64,000 nt of DNA from Phoronis australis (GCA_002633005.1 NMRA01000006.1:976427-1040426); one strand, 5' to 3'; counted from the stretch's first letter, positions 13,701-28,245 are shown. Translations and numbers: made by a program. Notes: generated by a model from the sequence alone, not told the origin.

Positions 13701-16700
13701 GACTGAATCTATGTTTCTGTCAAAGGGAGAATGCACAGATTCGATGACTTCACATAAGAGATGTGGCATACATTGTGCCCCGCACGGCAACAAACATCGA
13801 GCGCGAGAGTATCCCGAGGAGAATATATGCTGTCAAAGTCTACGCCCGGACGACGGCATTTCGCATTGGCCGGCTCGAAACAGAAGACCTACATACGTTT
13901 ATACTGAAGAAAGAATAACACCCGTGAGTTATGGATGAGACCCCAACACTCTTGCTTAATAAAGGTTAGCCACCTATACGTTTTTCATCACGATTAGCGT
14001 TGCTTTCATCATGATATTCGATAGGCATTTTTATGTTGGCACTGTTTTTTGAAATATCCATTGACATTTTTGTGATTCCACTTAACACCCCAAGAAGCAT
14101 ACCGATGTGGTGCACCCGTAGCTGCGATTTAACGATTTGCGTTGCTCTTCTTATAGTACTCGGCTTTTTAAAATTGCATAATTTACGCATGCATTGAATC
14201 AGCAGTCTACGTATCCGCCTATCCGTGCGTATAGAGCATACGTATGGAGTGGACGGTCCATAGACAAGTGCAACACGAAACAAAAAGAGACTTCTGTATG
14301 CAGTATTTAGAGGTTCAATGCATTCCAATATATATTAATTCTGATAACGTCACCTAGTTTATATCTACTAAGCCTACTGAACCTATGTTTCTGTCAAAGG
14401 GAGCATGCACACATTCGATGACTTCAGGAGAGATGTGTCATACATTGTGCCCCGCCTGGCAACAAACATCGAGTGCAAGAGAATCCCGAGGAGAATATAT
14501 GCTGTCAAAGTCAACACCCGGACGACGGCATTTCGTATTGCCCAGCTCGAGATAGAGGATTTGCATACATTTATATTGATGAAAGAATGACACCCGTGAG
14601 TTATTAATGAGACCCCCACACACTTGCTTAATACAGGTTAGCCAAGTAACGCGAGCGTATTGCAGTTATACGAGCGTAGTACATTCTTGCAACATTTTAC
14701 AGATATTATCTCTGTACCTAACAGTTATAAGTAACTGTGTAAATGTTCTTACAGGCTTTGCAGCGCCTAAGTTAAGTTATGATTGGTAACACCAAATTAC
14801 TGAGAAAATTTAGCAGGCAATCATTCGTCTGTTTTCGATGTCGAGGATCAAAAATGTTACCGAAGATAAAATTTGTTCTTGGAAATAAATATCAGGATTG
14901 ACTATTATTTTCTATATAAGTAGCAATGCATTCCACATGATTATCTGTAACACACACTTGCAGCCATCTCTGAGCATGTGCACAAACGCAAGTTAGCTTA
15001 AAAATCATCGAAATAAGCTATTCTTAAATAGTTTAAACTATTCATTACAATTCTCTGCAATTGTATCTTTGTTGTGTGTGAACTTTAGACTTCTGGTTAA
15101 TTTCAATATCGCGCATGCGTGAACATAGGATTAAATGTTCATTTAAGTAATAAGGAGAAAGTTTTTATTCTTGGTAAATAATTTTTCTTATTTTTCTTAT
15201 ACTATTATCGCCCAATTTCCGGAACATGTGTCTCAGAATCGTAGGAATTTGTAAATGGTTAATAAACCATTGTTTGGAAAGATCCCCAATAGCTGAAAAA
15301 CTATATAGTTGTCTGAAGTTCACATTTTTATAAACATGTGATTTGCTTTAGTACAGTGCAATTTTTTTCAAAGTGAACGAGCCATTTTTGGAGTGAAAAT
15401 TCCTAAGTATTACAAGTTGATGCAAATGTGATCTTGAGACTAAGGATTCCAGCTAAATTATCGACCATTTTCCGGAACCTGTGTCACAGAATTGGAGGAA
15501 TATGTGAATGGTTAATAAATTATTGTTATGAGAAATCCCAATAGCTTGAAATCAATATAGTTGTCTAAAGTTCACATTTTTATAAACATGTGATTTGCTT
15601 TAGTACAGTGCAACTTTTTAAAGGTGAACTTGCCATTATTGGGGTGAAGTCACCTAACTGTTACAAGATGACGCAAATAAGATCTTGAGATCAAAAATTC
15701 CATCTTAAGCACGTGACGACTTGTAAGTGCACACAGTAGTTGAACTATCATTCGACAAAAGATTTGCGTTATTGTCAAGTCGACCGTTCCATGGCGGTCT
15801 CGTGGGACGACGCGATGTTAGCACAGAAATCCTATTCGTAAAACCCAATTCTGAGATGAACAGAATATCTTTAGCCAAATGCTGGATTGTGAATCCCTTT
15901 CCGTGTTTGTTGTCTCCAATGGGGATAAAAATAGAAGGTTTCGATCACTAGCAAGAGGGTTGCTAGCCCTACCAGCAGGCCCCAAGTGAATGCTGGTAAA
16001 AACATTTCCGAATTAGTTGATGGATTTTCTTATTTATTTTGAAAATGGCACCAATTTTCAAAAAAAAAAACAAACAGAACAGAGCCAGATATTCGTTTTT
16101 CATCACGATGCGCATTGCTTTTATCATGATATTCGATCAGCAAGTTTGTGTTAACACTGTTTTTGAAATATTCATTGCCGACTGAACCTATGTTTCTGTC
16201 AAAGGGAACATGCACAGATTCGATAACTTCAGGCAAGAGATGTGGTATACATTGTGCCCCGTATGGCACCAAACATCGAGCGCTAGAGTATCTCGAGAAG
16301 ATTATATGCTGTCAAAGTCTACGCCCGGACGACGGCATTTCGCATTGCCCTGCTCAGGACTGAGGACTTGCATACGTTTATACTGAAGAAAGAATAACAC
16401 CCGTGATTCATGGATGAGACCCCTACCGAGCATGAAAGTAACCCGACGAGAATATATGCTGTCAAGGTCTACGCCCGGACTACGGCATTTCGCTTTGCCC
16501 TGCTCAAGACTGAGGACTTGCATACGTTTATACTGAAGAAAGAATAACACCCGTGATTTATGGATGAGACCCCTACCGAGCATGAAAGTATCCCGACGAG
16601 AATATATGCTGTCAAGGTCTACGCCCGGACTACGGCATTTCGCATTGCCCTGCTCAAGACTGAGGACTTGCATACGCTTATACTGAAGAAAGAATATCAC

Positions 16701-19700
16701 CCGTGATTAATGGATGAGACCCCTACCGAACATTAGAGTATCCCGACGAGAATATATGCTGTCAAGGTCTACGCCCGGACGACGGCATTTCACATTGCCC
16801 AGCTCAAGACTGAGGACCTCCTTGATACTGATGAAAGGATGACACTCGTGAGTTATAGATGAGGCTCCCACAAACTTGCTGAATAAAGGTTCGTAGCCAA
16901 GTAATGCGAACGTATTACAGTAATTCGAGCGTATTACAGTTTTTAAATATTTTACAGATATTATCTCTGTAGGTACCAGTTATAAGTAACAGTGTAAATA
17001 TTATTACAGGCTTGGCAACGCCTAAGTTAAGGTAATGCGAGCGTATTACAGTCTTGGAATATTTTACAGACATTATCTCTGTAGGTAACAGTTATAAATA
17101 ACAGTGTAAATGTTCTTACAGGCTTTGCAGCGCCTAAGTTAAGTTATGATTGGTAACACCAAATTGTTGAGAAAATTTAGCAAGCAATCATTCGTCTGTT
17201 TTCGATGTCAAGGCTCAAAAATGTTACCGAAGATAAAATTTGTTCTTGGAAATAATTATCAGAATTGACTTTTATTTTCTATATAAGTAGCAATGCATTC
17301 CACATGATTATCTGTAACACACACTTGCAGTCATCTCTGAGGCATGTGCACAAACGCAAGTTAGGTTGAAAATCATCGAAATAAGCTATTCTTAAATAGT
17401 TTAAACTATTCATTACAATTGTCTGCAATGGTATCTTTGTTGTGTGTGAACTTTAGACTTCTGCTTAATTTCAATATCGCGCATGCGTGAACATAGGATT
17501 AAATGTTCATTTAAGTAATAAGGCGAAAGTTTTTATTCTTGGTAAATAATTTTTCTTATTTTTCTTATACTATTATCGCCCAATTTCCGGAACCTGTGTA
17601 TCAGAATCGTAGGAATAAGTAAATGGTTAATAAGGTTTTGTTTGGAAAGATCCCCAATAGCTAAAAAACTATATAGTTGTCTAAAGTTCACATTTTTATA
17701 AACATGTGATTTGCTTTAGTACAATGAAAGTTTTTCAAAGTGAACGAGCCATTTTTGGAGTGAAAATTCCTAAATATTACAAGTTGATGCAAATGCGATC
17801 TTGAGATTAAGAATTCCAGCTATATTATCGCCCATTTCCCGGAACCTGTGTCACAGAATCGGAGGAATATGTGAATCGTTAATAAACTATTGTTTTGAAA
17901 AATCCCAATAGCTTAAAATCAATATAGTTGTCTAAAGTTCACATTTTTATAAACATGTGATTCGCTTTAGTATAGTGCAACTTTTTAAATGTGAACGTGC
18001 AATTATTGGGGTGAAGTCACCTAACTGCTACAAGTTGACGCAAATAGGATCTTGAGATTAAGGATTCCAGCTTAAGCACGTGACGACTTGCAAGTGCACA
18101 CAGTAGTTGAACTATCATTCGACAAAAGATTTGCGTTATTGTCAAGTCGACCGTTCCACGGCGGTTCCGTGGGACGACGCGATGTTAGCACAGAAATCCT
18201 ATTCGTAAAACCCAATTCTGAGATGAACACAATATCTTTAACCAAATGCTGGATTGTGAATCCCTTTCCGTGTTTGTTGTCTCCAATGGGGATAAAAATA
18301 GAAGGTTTCGATCACTAGCAAGAGGGTTGCTAGCCCTACCAGCAGGCCCCAAGTGAATGCTGGTAAAACATTTCCGAATCAGTTGATGGATTTTCTTATT
18401 TATTTTGAAAATGGCACCAGTTTTCAAAAAAAAAACAAACAGAACAGAGCCAGATATTCGTTTTTCATCACGATGCGCATTGCTTTTATCATGATATTCG
18501 ATCAGCAAGTTTGTGTTAACACTGTTTTTGAAATATTCATTGCCGAATGAACCTATGTTTCTGTCAAAGGGAACATGCACAGATTCGATAACTTCAGGCA
18601 AGAGATGTGGTATACATTGTGCCCCGTATGGCACCAAACATCGAGCGCTAGAGTATCTCGAGAAGATTATATGCTGTCAAAGTCTACGCCCGGACGACGG
18701 CATTTCGCATTGCCCTGCTCAGGACTGAGGACTTGCATACGTTTATACTGAAGAAAGAATATCACCCGTGATTTATGGATGAAACCCCTACCGAGCATGA
18801 AAGTATCCCGACGAGAATATATGCTGTCAAGGTCTACGCCCGGACTACGGCATTTCGCCTTGCCATGCTCAAGACTAAGGACTTGCATACGTGTATACTG
18901 AAGAAAGAATAACACCCGTGATTTATGGATGAGACCCCTACCGAGCATGAAAATATCCCGACGAGAATATATGCTGTCAAGGTCTACGCCCGGACTACGG
19001 CATTTCGCATTGCCCTGCTCAAGACTGAGGACCTGCTTGATACTGATGAAAGGATGACACTCGTGAGCTATAGATGAGTCTCCCACAATCTTGCTGAGTA
19101 AAGGTTCGTAGGAAAGTAATGCAAACGTATTACAGTAATTCGAGCGTATTTCAGTTTTGAAATATTTTACAGATATTATCTCTGTAGGTAACAGCTATAA
19201 GTAACAGTGTAAATGTTCTTACAGGCTTTGCAGCGCCTAAGCTAAGTTATGATTGGTAACACCAAATTGCTGAGAAAATTTAGCAGGCAATCATTCGTGT
19301 GTTTTCGATGTCGAGGCTCAAAAATGTTACCGAAGATAAAAATTTTTCTTGGAAATAAATATCAGGATTGACTTTTATTTTCTATATAAATAGCAATGCA
19401 TTCCACATGATTATCTGTAACACACACTTGCAGCGATCTCTGAGGCATGTGCACAAACGCAAGTTAGGTTGAAAATCATCGAAATAAGCTATTCTTAAAT
19501 AGTTTAAACTATTCATTACAATTGTCTGTAATGGTATCTTTGTTGTGTGTGAACTTTAGACTTCTGGTTAATTTCAATATCGCGCATGCGTGAACATAGG
19601 ATTAAATGTTTATTTAAGTAATAAGGCGAAAGTTTTTATTCTTGGTAAATAATTTTTCTTATGTTTATACTATTATCGTCCAATTTCCGGAGCCTGTGTC

Positions 19701-22700
19701 TCAGAATCGTAGGAATATGTAAATGGTTAATAAACTTTTGTTTAGAAAGATCCCCAATAGCTAAAAAACTCTATAGTTGTCTAAAGTTCACATTTTTATA
19801 AACATGTGATTTGCTTTAGTACAATGAAAGTTTTTCAACGTGAACGAGCCATTTTTGGAGTGAAAATTCCTAAATGTTACAAGTTGATGCAAATGCGATC
19901 TTTAGATTAAGAATTCCAGCTATATTATCGCCCATTTTTCGGAACCTGTGTCACAGAATCGGAGGAATATGTGAATCGTTAATAAACTATTGTTTTGAAA
20001 AATCCCAATAGCTTAAAATCAATATAGTTGTCTAAAGTTCACATTTTTATAACCATGTGATTGGCTTTAGTATAGTGCAACTTTTTAAAGGTGAACGTGC
20101 CATTATTGGGGTGAAGTCACCTAACTGCTACAAGTTGACGCAAATAGGATCTTGAGATTAAGAATTCCAGCTTAAGTACGTGACGACTTTCAAGTGCACA
20201 CAGTAGTTGAACTATCATTCGACAAAAGATTTGCGTTATTGTCAAGTCGACCGTTCCACGGCGGTCCCGTGGGACGACGCGATGTTAGCACAGAAATCCT
20301 ATTCGTAAAACCCAATTCTGAGATGAACACAATATCTTTAGCCAACTGCTGGATTGTGAATCCCTTTCCGTGTTTGTTGTCTCCAATGGGGATAAAAAGA
20401 GAAGGTTTCCATCACTAGCAAGAGGGTTGCTAGCCCTACCTGCAGGTCCCAAGTGAATGCTGGTAAAAACATTTCAGTTGATGGATTTTCTTATTTATTT
20501 TGAAAATGGCACCAATTTGCATACGTTTATGCTGAATAAAGAATAACACCCGTGATTTATGGATTAGACCCCTACCGAGCATGAAAGTATCCCGACGAGA
20601 ATATATGCTGTCAAGGTCTACGCTCGGACCACGGCATTTCGCATTGCCCTGCTCAACACTGAGGACTTGCATACGTTTATACTGAAGAAAGAATAACACC
20701 CGTGATTTATGGATGAGACTCCTACCGAGCATGAAAGTATCCCGTCGAGAATATATGCTGTCAAGGTCTACGCCCGGACTACGGCCTTTCGCATTGCCCT
20801 GCTCAAGACTGAGGAGTTGCATACGTTTATACTGAAGAAAGTATATCACCCGTGATTTATGGATGAGACCCCTACCGAGCATGAGAGTATCCCGACGAGA
20901 ATATATGCTGTCAAGGTCTACGCCCGGACGACGGCATTTCACCTTGCCCAAATCGAGACTGAAGACCTGCTTGATACTGATGAAAGGATGACACTCGTGA
21001 GTTATAGATGAGGCTCCCACAAACTTGCTGAATAAAGGTTCGTAGCCAAGTAATGCAAACGTATTACAGTAATTCGAGCGTATTACAGTTTTGAAATATT
21101 TTACAGATATTATCTCTGTAGGTAACAGTTATAAGTAACAGTGTAAATGTTATTACAGGCTTGGCAACGCCTAAGTTAAGGTATTGCGAGCGTATTACAG
21201 TTCTGGGATATTTTACAGATATTATCTCTGTAGGTAACAGTTATAAGTAACAGTGTAAATGTTCTTACAGGCTTCTCCTAAGTTAGGTATGATTGGTAAC
21301 ACGGACTGAGAAAATTTAGCAGGCAATCATGCGTCCGTTTGCTTTGTCGAGGCTCAAAACCTGTTACCCAAGACAAGGTTTGTTCTTGGAAACAAATTTC
21401 AGGATTGACTTTTATTTTCTATATAAGTAGCAATGCATTCCACATCATTATCTGTAACACACACTTGCAGCCATCTCTGAGACATGTGCACAAACGCAAG
21501 TTAGGTTAAACATCATAGAAATAAGCTATTCTTAAATACTTTAAACTATTCACTACACTTCTCTACAATGCTGTGTGTGAACTTGGAGTTCTGCATAATT
21601 TCAATATGACGTATGAGTGAACATAGGATTATACGTTCATTTAAGTAATAAAGCGAAAGTTTTTGCTCTTGGTGAATAATTTTTCTTATGTTTGTACTAT
21701 TATCGCCCATTTTTCTGAACCTTTGTCTCAGAGTCGTTGGAATATGTAAATGGTTAATAAACTATTGTTTGAAAAGATCCCCAACAGCTGAAAAACAGTA
21801 CAGTTGTCTAAAGTTCACATTTTTATAAACATGTGATTTGCTTTAGTACAGTGCAACATTTTAAAAGTGAACGTGCCATTATTGGAGTGAAGTTACCTAA
21901 CTGTTACAAATTGACGCAAAAAGGATCTTGAAATTAAGAATTCCAGCTTAAGCACGTGACGACTTGCAAGTGCACACAGTAGTTGAACTATCATTCGACA
22001 AAAGATTTACGTTATTGTCAAGTCGACCGTTCCATGGCGGTCTCGTGGGGCGACGCGATGTTAGCACAGAAATCCTATTCGTAAAACCCAATTCTGAGAT
22101 GAAAAGAATATCTTTAGCCAAATGCTGAATTGTGAAGCCCTTTCCGTGTTTGTTGTCTCCAATGGGGATAAAAAGAGAAGGTTTCGATCACAAGTACGAG
22201 GATTGCTTGCACTGCCCGCAGGCAATAAGTGAGTGCTGGTAAAAAATATTCCCGAATGAGTTGATGGATTTTCTTATTTATTTTGAAATTGGCACCAATT
22301 TTCAAAAACAAAGAGAACAGAGCCAGCTAATCGTTTTTCATCACGATGCACGTTGCTTTTATCATGATATTCGATAAGCAAGTTTATTTTAACACTATTT
22401 TTTGAAAAATTCAAAACCATTTTTGTGATTCCACTTAACACCCAAAGAAGCATACCGTTTTGGTGCACTCGTGGCTACGATTCAACGCTTTGCGTTGCTC
22501 TTGTTATCATACTCGGATATTTTGCAATTGCATAATTTACACGTGCATTCAATCCACAGTCTACATATCTTCCAATCCGTGCGTGTAGAGCACATGTATG
22601 GAGTAGAATGCTAATAGACCAGTGCAACACGAAACATAACGAGCCATATGCATGAAGTCTTTAGAGGTTCATTGCACTCCATTATACTTTTATTCTAGGA

Positions 22701-25700
22701 ACGTTACCAGGTGTATATCAACTAAACCGACTGAATCTATGTTTCTGTCATAGTTAGCAGGCAAAGATTCGATGACTTCAGGCAAGAGATAGCGCATACA
22801 TTGGCCCCAGCGTGGCAACAAACATCGAGCGCGAGAGTATCCCGAGGAGAATATACGCTATCAAAGTCTACGCCCGGACGACGGCATTTCGCATTGTCCA
22901 CCTCGAGACGATTTGCATACGTTTATACTGAAGAAAGAATAACACGCGTGAGTTATGGATGAGACCCACACACACTTGCTTAATAAAGGTTAGAGAAGTA
23001 ATACGCGCGTATTACAGTAATACGTGCCGCCTATACTTTTTTCATCACGATTCGCGTTGCTCTCATCATGATATTCGATAAGCCGCTATTTTTTGAAATA
23101 TCAGCTGCCATTTTTGTGATTCCACTTAACACCCCAAGAAGCATACCGTTGTGGTGCACTCGTAGCTGCCATTCAACGCTTTGCGTTGCTCTTGTTATCG
23201 TACTCGGATATTTTGCAATTGCATAATTTACACGTGCATTCCATCCACAGTCAACATATCTTCCAATCCGTGCGTGTAGAGCACACGTATGGAGTAGACT
23301 GCTAATAGACAAGTGCAACACGAAACATAACGAGGCATCTGTATGAAGTCTTCAGGGGTTCATTGCACTCCATTATACATTTATTCTAGGAACGTTACCA
23401 GGTGTATATCAACTAAACCGACTGGTCCTATGCTTCTGTCAACGGGAGCATGTAATGATTCGAAGACTTCAGGCAAGAGATGTGGCGTACATTGTGTCCC
23501 GCATGGCAACAAACATCGAGCGCGAGAGTATCTCGAGAAGTATATTTGCTGTCAAAGTCTACGCCCGGACGACGGCATTTCGAATTGCCCTTCTCAAGAC
23601 TGAGGACTTGCATACGTTTATAGTGAAGAAAGAATAACACCCGTGATTTATGGATGAGACCCCTACCGAGCATGAAAGTATCCCGACGAGAATATATGCT
23701 GTCAGGGTCTACGCCCGGACTACGGCATTTCGCATTGCCCTGCTCAAGACTGAGGACTTGCATACGCTTATACTGAAGAAAGAATACCACCCGTGATTTA
23801 TGGATGAGACCCCTACCGAGCATGAGAGTATCCCGACGAGAATATATGCTGTCAAGGTCTACGCCCGGACGACGGCATTTCACCTTGCCCAACTCGAAAC
23901 TGAGGACCTGCTTGATACTGATGAAAGGATGACACTCGTGAGTTATAGATGAGGCTCCCACAAACTTGCTGAATAAAGGTTCGTAGCCAAGTAATGCAAA
24001 CGTATTACAGTAATTCGAGCGTATTACAGTTTTGAAATATTTTACAGATATTATCTCTGTAGGTAACAGTTATAAGTAACTGTGTAAATGTTATTACAGG
24101 CTTGGCAACGCCTAAGTTAAGGTAATGCGTGCGTATTACAGTTCTGGGATATTCTACAGATATTATCTCTGTAGGTAACAGTTATAAGTAACAATGTAAA
24201 TGTTCTTACAGGCTTCTCCTAAGTTAGGTATGATTGGTAACACGGACTGAGAAAATTTAGCAGGCAATCATGCGTCCGTTTACTTTGTCGAGGCTCAAAA
24301 CCTGTTACCCAAGACAAGGTTTGTTCTTGGAAACAAATTTCAGGATTGACTTTTATTTTCTATATAAGTAGCATTGCATTCCACATGGTTATTGGTAACA
24401 CACACTTGCAGCCATCTCTGAGGCATGTGCACAAGCGCAAGTTAGGTTGAAAATCATTGAAAGTAGCTATTCTCAAGTAGTTTGAACTATTCATTGGCCT
24501 TCTCTAGAATGGTACCTTTGTTGTGTGTGAACTTGGAATTCTGCTTAATTTCAATATCGCGTATATGTGAACATAGAATTAAATGTTCATTCACGTAATC
24601 AGGCGGAAGGTTTTGCTCCTTGTAAATAATTTTTCTTATTTTTAGCCTATTATCGCCCCTTTCACGGAACCTGTGGTACAGAATCGGAGGAATATCAGAA
24701 TGGTTAATAAACTATTGTTTTCAAAGATCCCCAGTCGCTGAAGTAACAATATAGTTGGCTAAAGTTTACATTTTTCATCATTATGTGTTTCGTTTAGTAC
24801 AGTGCAATTTTTTCAAGGTGAACGTGCCGGTATTAGAGTGAAGTTTCCTAATTATTACAAGTAAAGGTGATCTTGAGAATATGAAGAATTCCAGCTTAGA
24901 ACTATCATTCGACAAAAGAGTTGCGTTATTGTGAAGTCGACCATTCCATGGCGGTCTCGTGGGATGACGCGTTGTTGGCTCTAAAATCCTATTCGTAAAA
25001 CCATTTTCTGAGTTGAACAAAATCTCTTTAACCATATGCTGGATTTTGAAGCAATTTCCGTGTTGGTTATGTCCAATGGGGATAAAAAGAGAACTTTTGG
25101 ATCACTAGCATGAGTGTTGCCAGCCCTGCCGGCAGGCCCCATGTGAATGCTGGTAAAAAATATTCTCAAATCTATCGATGGATTTTCTTTTTTTGAAAAT
25201 GCCACCAATTTTCAAGAAAAAAACAGAGCAGAGCCACTTATGCGCTTTTCATCACGATGCGCCATGCTTATGTCTTGATATTCGATGAGCATGTTTTTGT
25301 TAGCACTGTTTTTTGAAATATTCATTGCCATTTTTGTGATTCCACTTAACACCCCAAGAAGCATACCGTTGTGGTGCACTCGTGGCTGCGACTCAGCGCT
25401 CTGCGTTGCTCCTGTTCTCGTGCTCGGCATTTTTGCAATTGCGTAATTTACGCGTGCATTGAATCCGCAGTCTACATATCCGCCTATCCTCGCGTGTAGA
25501 GCATACGTATGGAGTGGACGGTCCATAGACAAGTGCAACACGAAACATAACGAGGCATCTGTATGAAGTCTTTAGAGATTCATTGCACTCCATTAAACAT
25601 TTATTCTAGGAATGTTACCAGGTGTATATCAACTAAACCGACTGAAACTATGTTTCTGTCAAAGGGAGAATGCACTGATTCGATGACTTTTGGCCCAAGA

Positions 25701-26005
25701 TATGGTATACATTGTGCTCCGCGTGGCAACAAATATCGAGCGCGAGAGTATACCGCGGAGAATATATGCTGTCAAGGTCTACGCCCGGACGACGGCATTT
25801 CGCATTGCCCAGCTCGAGACTGGGGACCTGCATACGTTTATACTGATGAAAGAATGACATCTGTGAGTTATAGATGAGGCCCCACACACTTGCTGAATAA
25901 AGGTCAGCCAAGTAATGGGAGCGTATCACAATAATACGAGCGTATTACAGTTTTGTAATATCTTACAGATTACCTAGCAGTTAAAGTAACTGTGTAAATG
26001 TTCCT
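10800..26005. repeat. Hierarchical macrosatellite, ~6 units of 2.0-3.2 kb built from re-shuffled modules
   Basis: Module B start (GTTA(A/G)G(T)TATGATTGGTAACAC) at ~11535, 14775, 17143, 19245, 21284, 24225. Module C (TTCGACAAAAGATTTGCGTTATTG) at ~12260, 15750, 18118, 20218, 21993, 24908. Module A (CAAGAAGCATACCG..., ~690 bp) at ~10850, 12710, 13410, 14090, 22440, 23130, 25350. Confidence 0.95.
16285..16820. repeat. 150-bp tandem sub-repeat inside the macrosatellite (also ~18650-19030, ~20520-20960, ~23520-23900)
   Basis: CCCGACGAGAATATATGCTGTCAAGGTCTACGCCCGGAC recurs at 16442, 16592 and 16742 (period exactly 150). Confidence 0.95.
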
Positions 26006-27383
26006 TGCATTTTTACTCAATGAGTGAGATTTAAAAATATTCTCGGAAATCGATGTGTTAGAATACTAAATTTCTGACTTTAGTCTTTTAAAAATCGCAT
26101 AACTCCTCTCCCCTACAGAAAGCTCCGCCTTCACTGATTAAATCACTTTTATAATCGTGACCGCTCCGACTACACGAAAGTTATGGTTTCGATAGGAAGT
26201 TGGTGCGGAACACGACTTCGAGTTCAGCCATGAGTTAATCCTGGGGACACGAGTTATCACCATAAATGCCACTGAACAATCATCGGGATAACAATCACTG
26301 TCCATCGATAACGTAGAATTTAAATACCAAGTTGTTCACCTCAACAAAATCTCAAAACAGACAATTTAATTCTCATTGAACTCGTGTTTTTGTTGCTGCA
26401 GAATGTGGCAGTACCATAAGGTTTAGATGGCGTGCACAAGAAAATCACAGAGGCAAGATAATAATTAGTTGGAGAACGTGCTTGGTTCCCAGATTTATCA
26501 AATATGAAACTAATAGAAAAGCATCTTGAGACCCACCATGATAAATTGAGTGTGGTATTGAACATTTGGGACGCTTTGCATTCGGTCACTTTAAGATGGA
26601 CAATCTTCCTCCTTTAACTTTTGCTTTAGATCACATATTGTTGTGAAATTAGCCTCACATCGGATATGTTTTTCAGAGCTTCCACAAAAACTGGCAGTGA
26701 GTGAGTTCGTTATTGCGTGAGACCAAGCTATACACTAGTATGATTTCAAGTAATAACGAAATGTCAGTTCTTTGAAACCCAGAAACCCCCACCGTCATCC
26801 CAGCAAGGAACAAGTGAGGCTCAATCTTATAACACCGAGTGATCTAAGTCATAGTACACTATAATATATGGTGCCGGGAAATACACAACTACAAGCAAGC
26901 ATTTGACTTCACAGACACTCCTATTTCAGTGAAACCTCTCGATTGATGACACCCTTTATGGGCTTTAGAGTGATAACCCATGAACAATATATTTGCTGGC
27001 TTAAGTAGTTCATTACATATGGACGTAATGAGCACAACGATTATGTTTGATTTGTACACTGACTTGATTTGTATCACGACCCCATGTAAATTTTTAATCT
27101 AGTCCTAGTTATAAAAATGATACATCGCCGGGTCTTTCCCAGCCGTTTTTCATATTCAGATCGCGGTCTTTTAGGGATGTCTCGACTCTGGACAAACACA
27201 GATTCTGTACGTGCCAAAGTAAGAAAAAAATCAAGTTTACTAGAAAGCCTTGGGTTGATGATGAGTGTGTTTATGCTGGTGAAACGGATTCTTAGTGAAT
27301 AATTAAACTTTTATAAATAGGTACGCCTACATTGGAAGACATCCATATGACGTCAGCTGTGCAGTGACGTCATTATTTCATAG

Positions 27384-27713
27384 GCGAGATCAGGCCGGCT
27401 GGGGCTCGACCAACGGAGTCCAAACGTTGTCATGTCGGTGAAGGGGCTTGGGCACCACGAGGACCCGAACATCGCCTCTGCACTTGGTACTTCGACAGTG
27501 AAGAGTGCCGGGGAAAATGGGAAGACAGTTTTCCCACCTTTGAACTCAAACATCCAGTCTGAGTCGCCAAAAGTACAAAAAACACGCTCTTGGGTGAAAC
27601 TCGATCCGCGACTGAGTACGACACCGGAAATGCGTGTTTCAGTTGCAACGGGTAAACATGGAACAAAGAGAAAGAATTTGAACGTTGTCACGAATATGAC
27701 GCGAGTCACTGAG
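27384..27713 (+). CDS. Candidate upstream exon, low-complexity S/T/K-rich, possibly of the EFCAB3-like gene
   Basis: Acceptor tttcatag|GCG at 27384 in frame with ORF 27432-27800. Possible donors G|gtaaac after 27651 (phase 1, compatible with exon 29957) or GAG|gtaaat after 27713. Confidence 0.35.
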
Positions 27714-28054
27714 GTAAATCTGCGAGCAAAAATAGGACTTAACGCATCAAAAGTAAATTACTTAACACCCCAAAGTCAGATCATTATTGGTATTGATTGA
27801 TACAGCCAGAAATGGTGCATTCATCACAAAAGACATAGTTGGGGTACTAGACAACGGGTAATTCTGTATATGATATAATTTCGCTCGCGAGCAGTTTGGC
27901 CGAGCAGTACGCAAAGCACCATCACCCGCGTTGATGACTTCCCGGCTTAAAACGGCATGGAACGTGAAAATAAGACAACAAACATCTCCTTGTTTGGTAT
28001 GGCAAGACTTAGACGTAGCATGTTTCTCTTATATAGAAAATGTAACATTGGACC

Positions 28055-28245
28055 TATGACGTAAACAAAACAATGGCGTTTTCACGTAGCAGCCAGTCCG
28101 ACTGTGGCAGCCTCATCCCCAAGCTTCAAGGTGGCGGTTACCGGAAAAGCCATCAAATGGCTAAACCAGTCAGGGCCATCTCGCGAGACCGGCATGAGGT
28201 CTACACTGACCCGATCTCTTTGAGCGCATGCGCACCTATATATTA
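28055..28245. promoter_or_regulatory. Promoter-like motif cluster
   Basis: TGACGTAA (CRE-like, 28057), AACAATGGCG (YY1-like, 28069), TCTCGCGAGA (BANP/ZBTB33-type palindrome, 28179), GCGCATGCGC (NRF1, 28224), then a TATA-like tatatatt. Confidence 0.4.

Noticed and set aside
16825-16880. CTGATGA in the macrosatellite as a hammerhead ribozyme core
   Set aside because: No stem II followed by GAAA and no stem I/III pairing could be built; other copies read CTGAAGA or TTGATGA.
11146-25877. Recurring + strand ORFs (MFLSKG...CCQSLRPDDGISHCP) as a gene family
   Set aside because: Short, with variable stops and frameshifts between copies, no splice signals and no recognisable domain; by-products of the repeat.
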